From Candidatus Latescibacterota bacterium (GTDB taxonomy: Bacteria; Latescibacterota; UBA2968; UBA8231), in assembly GCA_965197905.1 (NCBI GenBank), contig CBDAOB010000004.1, forward strand, positions 1,812,878 to 1,876,877: a stretch of 64,000 bases of DNA, written 5' to 3'. The translations under genes were made by a program, and so were the position numbers. The notes below the pieces were generated by a model that was not told the DNA's origin, did not search any database, and saw only the letters and a list, made by a program, of their open reading frames with translations. Positions within the stretch are counted from its first letter, which is position 1. Every line of letters starts with the position of its first letter. Below are positions 38,783 through 46,933 of the stretch, one piece after another.

Positions 38783-39811
38783 TCAGAACATCCCCGGTGC
38801 CCGCGGCGCGGCGCGGTCGTAGATCGAAGGCTGCCCCAGGGTGTCCAGCAGTGCGCTGATCGCGGGGAACATCAACTCCGCTTGCTCCACCGTCAGGGTG
38901 CTTATCTGTCGGGCGCGGCGGTGAGACACGATGGCTGCCTCGTCAGCAGCTACCACCTCTAGCGTATCGACTACACCTTTGTCGTCTTCCAGCAAAACCG
39001 TGCGCGCACCCTCGACCCCTACGTCGATCTCTCCAGCCGCCAACAGTCTGTCGTAACGCAACCGGGACAGATAGCTCAAGTAGGCGTACACGCTGTTGTC
39101 CACACAGGTCGTATCCTGACCGGCCCAACGCGTGCGCCAACGGTAACTCGGTCCGCGAAACGAACGGCTACCTGCAGGATCGGTAGGAACCTCTTCTCTC
39201 CACAAAGATCCCAACTCGGTGGCACGACCGGGGAATGTGATCCGCACGATGGCGCTGCGCGGCAGCGCCTGGGGCAACAGGTGGCGATCTATCATCGGAA
39301 CCGCTGCCTCATCAAGGGCCAGCCTGGGATTGGCATGCAGATGGAATACCGTATCCTCCCCTGCCCTGCGGAAGTAAGACTCACTCCCGAGAGCGCCAGG
39401 AATACCTCGACCCACTTCTGCAGCGACGATGGTTCGTCCTCGTTCATCCAGTACCGCCACCTCGATCGCATCCTGAGCACCAAACCCGAATCCGTGCGCG
39501 GTGTGTCCGTTGTCGGCGACGATCGAACCGCTGCTGGTCATCACACACCTGAGCAGCTGATCGACTCGCTGGCGCTGCGCATACGCATCGAAATAGGCCG
39601 GGTAGCGCCAAACACTGTCCCGCAACACATACGCCCATCGCTGTCCGCTTCGGGCGACGCGGAGCGTTTGCGCCCGTTGCGGATCGATCCCCACCACCGG
39701 ATGCACACTACCCGCCAGATTCCGCTGAGAAGCGGCGCTCCGATCCAGGGCGAAGTCGACCACTAGAAGAAGGCCGAGCACCGCGGCGAGAACGATCAGA
39801 TGTCGTTTCAT
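38783..39811 (-). CDS. DUF4340-like periplasmic protein (last gene of GldG-type ABC cluster)
   Basis: N-terminal TM anchor, beta-rich body. 4-nt overlap with the GldG-like gene; position matches the DUF4340 partner commonly found after gldG. Confidence 0.5.
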   Translation of the reverse strand: MKRHLIVLAAVLGLLLVVDFALDRSAASQRNLAGSVHPVVGIDPQRAQTLRVARSGQRWAYVLRDSVWRYPAYFDAYAQRQRVDQLLRCVMTSSGSIVADNGHTAHGFGFGAQDAIEVAVLDERGRTIVAAEVGRGIPGALGSESYFRRAGEDTVFHLHANPRLALDEAAVPMIDRHLLPQALPRSAIVRITFPGRATELGSLWREEVPTDPAGSRSFRGPSYRWRTRWAGQDTTCVDNSVYAYLSYLSRLRYDRLLAAGEIDVGVEGARTVLLEDDKGVVDTLEVVAADEAAIVSHRRARQISTLTVEQAELMFPAISALLDTLGQPSIYDRAAPRAPGMF

Positions 39812-42800
39812 ACCATCATCATCGGGGTGCGGCGGCGGCGGTAGCGAACACCCCCCAGGGCCAGGAAAGCCAGCGGGGCGCTACCCACAACGATCAGGCG
39901 CCACCACGCCTTGGCCTCGGGGTCCTGGTGCGCAAAACCTCGGGGCGTGCTGCGACGGGCTTGCAGCGCGGCCATCTCCCCGCCGAACGCCAGCTCCGCC
40001 ACCAGATTCAACAAGAGCTGATCGTGTTGGAAACCGGGGGCTGACAGGTATCGATTCTTGAACATCTCCGAACTTCCGACCAGCACCAGTTTTCCCGACG
40101 GCTGAGATCGATCGACAGGACCAAGACGAAAATCTACCCGTGTTTCCTCCTTCTCCAGGACAAGGGACGGAAACCGACCTTCGATCGACACGGCCAGCGG
40201 CTGCTTGGCGGGCAGGAATTCCTGTGGGGTGAAAATCTGCGGCGGTAACCAACCACCTTTCCATGGATAGGACCAGACGCGATCAGAGGTGGAGATCAAC
40301 ACGTGGTGTTGCAGGTTGTAGGTGGCCAAGCGGCCTCGATCGAAGGCAAAGCGGTTGCCCCAGACGAAAAGCAGGTCACCCAACCTCCGGGTGATCGCCA
40401 AGTCCGGCGCATAGTTGGCTCCCACGGTTCGAATCAAGAACGGCAATGCCACCTTCTGCGGGTCGTACTCCCTGATCGCCCTTCGATTGACCTGCGTCTC
40501 CAGCTCCAGGTGATGCTGTGTTTGATCCATCAGCACTTCCCGAACCTGCTCGATGCCCAACAGGTTCAGATAAACCTCGGCATCTTGAAACTGCGGTTGG
40601 GGCCAGTACACGGTGTGAAATCCGGTGCCTCGGTACTGGCGCTGCTGAATGTTGAAATGCTGCTGCGCGATGAGAACGTGCCCGCCGCTGGTGAGGTACG
40701 GTCCCAGTTGTTTGAGCACCGGGGTGGCGTCCCGCCTCGGCTGCAGCCAGATCACCACATCGGCATCCATCGGCAAAAGCGGGTTGCGCGGGTCGACGTG
40801 GGAAACGCCGTATCCGTAATCGAGCAGCAGCGATTTCGCAGCGCTGTAGACATCAACCCCCTTGGGAGGGATCAGGTTCTTCTTGTGAAAGTCCTCCAGC
40901 GCCTCTGCGGGAGATAGGCGTGGCAAATCGGAGACGATAGCCACCCGGGGTCCCGCGCCTGTTTGCCGACGGTGCAGGGCGGCGAGCAGCAGGAACTCCA
41001 TATGTTCGACGGTGCGTTCATCTAATCGGGGGATAACCTCCACCTCATCCCCGACGCCCAAGACCAGGCCGCTCCACACTCTTTCGGTGAAGACGGAATC
41101 CTCGCGCACGACTTCGGTCTCAAAAGCTCTCAGTCCACGATTTCCCAGACGGCGGAGTTCCGGCTCTGGCATCTCGTCCGGACCGCGGGTCTGAAAGTCG
41201 ATGCCGAGCCTGCCCAACAGAAAACGCGCGCGTTTCTGCGCTCGCTTCAACGTCGTTGGCAATGTCGAGCTGGGGCTGCTGATCAGGATAGTTTGCGGCT
41301 GCGGGGCTGCCGACAACTGCCGGCGAGTAAGAGGGGCGGGGGAGTGGGCCCCACTGGCGGTGACATCCAGGTAGAAGTCGCCTCGCTGCCGCCAAAGAAG
41401 ACCTCCCAGAACAATCACGCCCAAGCCGAGGCCAACGCGGATCGCCAACCAGCGCGTCAAACCCAAGTCCACCCGCGGCCGTGTCGGCAGATATCTGCGG
41501 ACCACGACCGCGACCAACAGCGCCGGCAACAGAAATACGACCACCAGACGCCACCAGAATCTTGCGCCCGTGCCAACAGAAGGCAATGTTTCCGGTACGA
41601 CTCGGCGCATCCGCGCCTGCACAAGGCGATCGGCGGAAGAGAAGGTGCGCAGCAAGGTGCGCAGAAAGACTCGGTGAGCATAACCCGGCTGGTTGATAAT
41701 CCCATCCTGGAAGAGGGCGGGGCTGCTCAGCACCACGAGCTGACCTGCGAGGGGGTCGGCAGGTTTGAGCAAGACGGCGAGATTCTGCTTCGGGACCCTG
41801 AGATGGGGCTGTAGATCCGCATCCGCAAACGGGCCGGGAGGCAGGGCACGAACCCAGGTGTTTCCCGTGGTTGTGGCGATCACCTCGGGAAAGAAGCCGG
41901 CTTCGCCGGCACGGACGGGATTTACTTCCAAAGAGCTGGCTGAGACGAAATTGAGGCCGCCTCGAGCCGGTCCATGAAAACTCTTCAGGTTGTAGAACGC
42001 GGGGAGGCAGCGAATGTGAAACGGGGCTACCACTTCGCTCACGGAACCCTCTCCCGCATACAACGGCACCGGGCCGGTACTGGCGTCCATCAACAAATCA
42101 GGCAGCGGCCGCAGGCCGAACGGGGCCAGCAACAGCTCCCAATCGGGCGGCTGACGAAAGGCGCGGTAGCTGATCGCGTCTCCCGCGAACTCATACCCGA
42201 CAGAATAGGAGCTCCCGGCGAGCAGGGCGGTTCGGCCCGAGGCCAGGAAATTCTTGAGTTGCTGTATATGAGCGGGTGTGACGCCGGCCGGTTGCACCCA
42301 GAAGAGCACATCTACCTCGCGCGGGATGTCGCTCTGGTGTTCCAGGTCCAGATGAACCACATCCCCCTGCTCGGCCAGGAAATGGGCGAGCAACTGAAAC
42401 TGTTCGGGTGCCGCCAGGGCGAAGGTCGGGCGCCGGGGATCGAGCTTGGCGCGCAGGTGGTGGATGACCAGCTGTTCGAGATGGGGCAGATGGGCCGGTC
42501 CGATGCCCTGAACAAGAATCTCGGGGTGACCTTCCAGGGCCAAGACCAGAGATGACCAGACGGTCTGTTCGCTGGTCTGGTCGTGAACCACGCGCTTCAC
42601 GGTGACGGGAGATGCCTTCTTCCGCGCTGCGTAAACGACGCCATGGGGCTCGTCCAAACTCGGATCGAGCACCCGGTATTCGATCTTATCCGGCGCCTGG
42701 GCGTGCAACGCGCGCAAGAACCGCACGACCTGAACCTCCACATTCTTGAGGTGAGAAGGCATCCGGTCCTTCGCCGAGACAAAGAAGGTGAGGGAAAGAC

Positions 42801-43014
42801 GGCGATCCAACCGTCGGAGAAAATCTTCGGTGTCGACGCCCAGGCTTCCGGGCTCCCTGCCGGCCAGGTCCACCTGTAACCACGACGCGCGTTCTAGCAC
42901 CATGCGGTTGGACAGGACAGCTGTAGCAAGAAACAGGGCAAAAGCGAAAAAGAGGTAGGCGTAAAACCGACGCTTCAATACTTGCTCCGTTGCAGACTCA
43001 GTGCGGTCATCCAA
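39808..43014 (-). CDS. GldG-like ABC transporter auxiliary protein, duplicated (two ABC_transp_aux modules, 1068 aa)
   Basis: N-terminal TM helix, two repeated large periplasmic modules each followed by a TM segment (~aa 470-500 and C-terminal 'WWRLIVVGSAPLAFLALGGV'). Sits between a GldF-like permease and DUF4340. Confidence 0.55.
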   Translation of the reverse strand: MDDRTESATEQVLKRRFYAYLFFAFALFLATAVLSNRMVLERASWLQVDLAGREPGSLGVDTEDFLRRLDRRLSLTFFVSAKDRMPSHLKNVEVQVVRFLRALHAQAPDKIEYRVLDPSLDEPHGVVYAARKKASPVTVKRVVHDQTSEQTVWSSLVLALEGHPEILVQGIGPAHLPHLEQLVIHHLRAKLDPRRPTFALAAPEQFQLLAHFLAEQGDVVHLDLEHQSDIPREVDVLFWVQPAGVTPAHIQQLKNFLASGRTALLAGSSYSVGYEFAGDAISYRAFRQPPDWELLLAPFGLRPLPDLLMDASTGPVPLYAGEGSVSEVVAPFHIRCLPAFYNLKSFHGPARGGLNFVSASSLEVNPVRAGEAGFFPEVIATTTGNTWVRALPPGPFADADLQPHLRVPKQNLAVLLKPADPLAGQLVVLSSPALFQDGIINQPGYAHRVFLRTLLRTFSSADRLVQARMRRVVPETLPSVGTGARFWWRLVVVFLLPALLVAVVVRRYLPTRPRVDLGLTRWLAIRVGLGLGVIVLGGLLWRQRGDFYLDVTASGAHSPAPLTRRQLSAAPQPQTILISSPSSTLPTTLKRAQKRARFLLGRLGIDFQTRGPDEMPEPELRRLGNRGLRAFETEVVREDSVFTERVWSGLVLGVGDEVEVIPRLDERTVEHMEFLLLAALHRRQTGAGPRVAIVSDLPRLSPAEALEDFHKKNLIPPKGVDVYSAAKSLLLDYGYGVSHVDPRNPLLPMDADVVIWLQPRRDATPVLKQLGPYLTSGGHVLIAQQHFNIQQRQYRGTGFHTVYWPQPQFQDAEVYLNLLGIEQVREVLMDQTQHHLELETQVNRRAIREYDPQKVALPFLIRTVGANYAPDLAITRRLGDLLFVWGNRFAFDRGRLATYNLQHHVLISTSDRVWSYPWKGGWLPPQIFTPQEFLPAKQPLAVSIEGRFPSLVLEKEETRVDFRLGPVDRSQPSGKLVLVGSSEMFKNRYLSAPGFQHDQLLLNLVAELAFGGEMAALQARRSTPRGFAHQDPEAKAWWRLIVVGSAPLAFLALGGVRYRRRRTPMMMV

Positions 43015-43727
43015 GCGAAGAAGGAGCTCAACAACGCGAAGTAGAGGATATCCGCACCGCCTATCACACCGCGGCTGAACGCCTCATAGTGAGGCATGAC
43101 CGATATGGATTCGTAAAGCCAGGTGCCGAACTGGGCGCTCGGAGCCAACCCATCGACCACCTCCACGACCTTGTCGTGGCCACTCAGCACAAAAACGAAA
43201 CCGAGCAAGGCGCCGAGTACGAAGGCGACGATCTGGTCATGGGTCAGACTGGACACGAACTGGCCGAACGCCAGGAAGAATGCGCCCAGGAAAAGCGCAC
43301 CTAGATAACTGGCGAGAATCACCCCCATGTCCGGGTCGCCGAGCCAGGCGAGCATCACGACGATGGGAAAACTTCCCAACAACACCAGGGCATAGAAGAA
43401 AAAGGAGGCCAGGTATTTTCCCAGCACGATCTGCAAGGGGGTCAGCGGCAAGGTCATCAATAATTCGAAGGTGTTCTGTGCCCGTTCCTCCGCCCAACTG
43501 CGCATGGTAATTGCCGGCACCAAAGGAATGAGCAGGAACGGCAGGATTTCGAAGTAAGGACTCATGTCCACGACAGCGTTGAGGAAAAAGGAATTCATGA
43601 AGATGGTCGCCGAGAGACCGAGAAAGACGCTGGCGTAGACATAGGCGATGGTGGAATCGAAGTACGCCTCCAGCTCGCGCCTAAACACCGTTCTGACGCC
43701 GGACGCGAACCCCTTGAAATCAGCCAC
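42975..43727 (-). CDS. ABC-2 family transporter permease (GldF-like)
   Basis: 250 aa, six predicted TM helices. Overlaps the ATPase gene by 8 nt. Confidence 0.65.
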   Translation of the reverse strand: MADFKGFASGVRTVFRRELEAYFDSTIAYVYASVFLGLSATIFMNSFFLNAVVDMSPYFEILPFLLIPLVPAITMRSWAEERAQNTFELLMTLPLTPLQIVLGKYLASFFFYALVLLGSFPIVVMLAWLGDPDMGVILASYLGALFLGAFFLAFGQFVSSLTHDQIVAFVLGALLGFVFVLSGHDKVVEVVDGLAPSAQFGTWLYESISVMPHYEAFSRGVIGGADILYFALLSSFFAWMTALSLQRSKY

Positions 43728-44487
43728 GGGAGCTTCTCACCTCTTGGGCTGTGCGCACCAGGTGGGCAAAAACCGTTTCCAGAGATGCCGCCCCCGCTAC
43801 GCCCGCGGTGTCGGCGAGCTCGTCGATACGCCCGTCTCCCAGCAATCGACCAAGGTGAATGATCAAGACGCGATCGCTGATCGCCTCCACATCGCTGACG
43901 ATATGAGTGCTGAAGAGTATGGCCCTGTTCGCGCTCAACCTTCGAAGCATCTCGCGGAAGGCGATGACCTGAAGTGGATCGAAGCCATGGGTCGGTTCAT
44001 CGAGGAATAAGACGGGTGGATCGTGAATCAGTGCCGTCGCCAGACCGATGCGCTGACGAAACCCGGTGGAGCACTGGTTGACCCGCTGGAGGAGCACGGA
44101 TTCGATATCACAGAGCTCGACAACACGCTCGAAGCTGTCCCTCAGCTCTCGCTTGCCGAGACCTCGGGCCGCGCCCACGAACATGAGAAACTTGTCGACC
44201 CTCATCTCGCGGTACAGTGGCGTGTCGCCAGCCAGGTATCCGATGCACCGGCGGACTTCGAGAGATTCGCGCACCACGTCATGTCCGTCCACCGTGATAC
44301 GGCCGGAGGTGGGATAGAGATAGGTGGACAGCATCTTCAGCATGGTGCTCTTGCCGGCTCCGTTGGGACCGACAAAACCAACGATTTCGCCCCGTTCCAC
44401 CTGAAAGGTCACGTTGTCCACGGCGGTGAGCGCCCCGTACTGCTTGCTGACCGAATCGACCGAGATCATGGAAGGGAAACTATGCAT
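43720..44487 (-). CDS. ABC transporter ATP-binding protein (GldA-like)
   Basis: Walker A 'GPNGAGKST', Q-loop, ABC signature 'CSTGFRQR', Walker B 'LFLDEPTHGFD', H-loop. Confidence 0.8.
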   Translation of the reverse strand: MHSFPSMISVDSVSKQYGALTAVDNVTFQVERGEIVGFVGPNGAGKSTMLKMLSTYLYPTSGRITVDGHDVVRESLEVRRCIGYLAGDTPLYREMRVDKFLMFVGAARGLGKRELRDSFERVVELCDIESVLLQRVNQCSTGFRQRIGLATALIHDPPVLFLDEPTHGFDPLQVIAFREMLRRLSANRAILFSTHIVSDVEAISDRVLIIHLGRLLGDGRIDELADTAGVAGAASLETVFAHLVRTAQEVRSSRG

Positions 44488-44708
44488 TTGCCCGCAGACG
44501 ACAATGCGAGGAAGCAGTCATTCGCCCATCGTGCACGACAGCGAACGCAAACGGTTGAAGGCTGCAGCCAGCTCGTGGGGCCGAAACCGCGCCAGATCAG
44601 CCAATTCGATACCGCTCAGATGGTCCAACCCCTGTTCTGCCACCGCGTCGATCTCCTGGACAAGCTTGGCCATGTTCACAGACGGTCCGCAGTTCGTGAC
44701 GCAATGCT

Positions 44709-46220
44709 CTAACGCGGCGGCGATGGCCCGCGTCTGGCTGGAATCCACCACTTGTTCGGCGGCGCGCAGGTCGATGGCATCTTCGCCAAACAGGATCGTG
44801 TAGCGGTCGTTTGGTAGATCGCCCGGTCGCCCTTGCGCGGATCTAGCAGATCGAGTTGCAGCGACCGATGAGAGACCTCTTTCCATATACCACTTGACTC
44901 GCTTCGCCGTGGTGATGCGCATCGACGGGCTATGGAAGCGGCTTCGCCCGTCGCGTCTCGTGGTCTATAGTTCTCCATGACAATGACCGTGTCCGCGACC
45001 TCGAAAAAATCACCATTGCTGCCGGCCACGAGAATCGTGGAGACCCCAAACTGTTCGTACAGGGTTCTCAAGCGGTCAATCAAGGGAATGATCGGTTCGT
45101 TCTCGGGGTCTACAAGCTGCTGCATGCGATGGTCCCGGGACATGAAGTTGGAAGCGCAGGTGTCTTCGTCGATCAACAACAGGCGTGCCCCAATCTCGAT
45201 CGCTTCGACGGTTGCCGCCGCCTGAGAGGTGGAGCCGGACCCATTGGAGGTGGAGAAATTTCCCGTATTGGATCCATCGGGCAACAATCCGAAAAACGGA
45301 GAGATGTCCACCGACGTGATGCTGCGTCCATCTTCAGCTCGAATCTTGACCGCGGTCTCATCGGTTACAACCCATTCCCTGCCGTCACCAGGCACGTGGT
45401 TGTACACCCCGCGTTGCAGCGCCTGGAGTAAGGTTGATTTTCCGTGAAACCCGCCTCCGACGACAAGCGTTACACCCTGGGGGATTCCCATGCCATCTAT
45501 CTTGCCGCCGTTGGGCGCGTCGAGTGAGAGGCGAAGGGACGGCGGCGATTGAAACGGAACCGTTCCATGCTCGGCCAACGGAGTCTGTTCGACGCCGGAT
45601 CGCCTGGGCAGGACACTGCCATTGCCGACAAAAGCTACCAGGTGGTGGCGCTGCAGCTGGCGGCGGAGGCAATCGGCGTCTTCGTTCACGGCGGCATAGC
45701 GCGTCGCATTGGTTCGGACCGCTCCAGGGTCGATGAGCGACGACGCCACGATCGCAGGAATATCCTCGAAGATCATGGCCATAGCCTCGTGACCGCGCAC
45801 GCTGCGGCCGGCGGCCGGCAACCCGACAAAGAAACGTGCTTCCACAGCGTCGTCGCGCAGCATTACGCAGGTTCGCTCGAGCATCTCCTGTCCGGGGGTA
45901 TCGATGCCAATGAATCCACTCTTGCCCGAACCGCGCCGACGGCAAACGACCTGCGCCTGCTCGGAGAACTGCGACGCCAGAAAGCTACAGAAACCAGTGA
46001 TGCGGCTGCGGTTGGCCCAGAGGGTTTCGGGGTACCCGCTCCGCTCCAAATCGAGGCGTACGCGGAAGCGGCTGGGAGCTGCAAACGGATCCCCCTGGAC
46101 GTGATCGATCGACAGCAAATAATCGTCAAAGGCGTAGCTGCCGCGGATTTGCTTGTAGGTTTTGTACCCCTGCCCGTCGATCTGGATGAGCAGGTCTTTT
46201 AACGTGGCGGGATTCGCCAT
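44709..46220 (-). CDS. Predicted ATPase of the ABC class (ABC_ATPase/PF09818-like, uncharacterised family)
   Basis: 'VGGGFHGKSTLL' P-loop, 'LLIDEDTCASNFM' Walker B-like, conserved N-terminal region starting MANPATLKDLL. Start taken at ATG 46220; the track ORF extends to 46283. TATAAT-containing divergent promoter region at 46221..46291. Confidence 0.5.
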   Translation of the reverse strand: MANPATLKDLLIQIDGQGYKTYKQIRGSYAFDDYLLSIDHVQGDPFAAPSRFRVRLDLERSGYPETLWANRSRITGFCSFLASQFSEQAQVVCRRRGSGKSGFIGIDTPGQEMLERTCVMLRDDAVEARFFVGLPAAGRSVRGHEAMAMIFEDIPAIVASSLIDPGAVRTNATRYAAVNEDADCLRRQLQRHHLVAFVGNGSVLPRRSGVEQTPLAEHGTVPFQSPPSLRLSLDAPNGGKIDGMGIPQGVTLVVGGGFHGKSTLLQALQRGVYNHVPGDGREWVVTDETAVKIRAEDGRSITSVDISPFFGLLPDGSNTGNFSTSNGSGSTSQAAATVEAIEIGARLLLIDEDTCASNFMSRDHRMQQLVDPENEPIIPLIDRLRTLYEQFGVSTILVAGSNGDFFEVADTVIVMENYRPRDATGEAASIARRCASPRRSESSGIWKEVSHRSLQLDLLDPRKGDRAIYQTTATRSCLAKMPSTCAPPNKWWIPARRGPSPPR

Positions 46221-46291
46221 CTTGGAAAGCCTTTCGAAGTTGACACCTTGGGGCCGTACTCTATTATAAAAACACAGCAGCATCCCACCCG

Positions 46292-46927
46292 ATGGAGAAC
46301 TGTGGCAGGAACCTTTTGACGATTATTCTCTTGGTGTTGCTGGCGGCAACACCCGGTCTTGCCCTCAAATCTTCGGTAGACCCTCAGAAGACACATCTAG
46401 TTATCAGCCCGACGCTGAGCTTTCCGGTCGGGAACTTCTCCGATATTGCCGGAGTCGGAGGAGGTCTGAGCGTCGACTACCGCCGCCCGCTCGACGCCAG
46501 CATCGAATTGACCGCAAGTGTGGGGGGCCTCCTGTTCGCCAAGAAGAAAGGGTCAGAACAGCTTCTCCCTATCGACGCCGGACTGAATGTTCCCACAAGC
46601 CTGGAGCTGGAATCCCGTCTCGGCACGGCCATTTTTCCGGCTAAGATCGGCGTTCGCTACATCGTCGATAACAATATCTTCCTCAAGCTGGAGTTAGGCG
46701 ACCTCTACTCGCGGGTCGAACGGGAAGGCATCATCACGAGAGGCACGGAGAAGGGCGTCACGCTGGGACGAACGGAAACCAACTCCCACGGGTTACTCAT
46801 CTCGATCGGTTTAGGGCTCGCCAGAGGAATGCACCGCGGCGGTCTCGAACTCAATTACTCGCTTCGCGGCAGCGGACCGCTCAATGACGGCGATCTGGCC
46901 TGGCTCGCCATTTTCTTTGGCATTTAG
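46292..46927 (+). CDS. Hypothetical small outer-membrane beta-barrel-like protein
   Basis: Signal peptide (LLTIILLVLLAATPGLA), alternating amphipathic strands, aromatic C-terminus (...AIFFGI). Confidence 0.4.
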   Translation: MENCGRNLLTIILLVLLAATPGLALKSSVDPQKTHLVISPTLSFPVGNFSDIAGVGGGLSVDYRRPLDASIELTASVGGLLFAKKKGSEQLLPIDAGLNVPTSLELESRLGTAIFPAKIGVRYIVDNNIFLKLELGDLYSRVEREGIITRGTEKGVTLGRTETNSHGLLISIGLGLARGMHRGGLELNYSLRGSGPLNDGDLAWLAIFFGI

Positions 46928-46933
46928 ACACCC

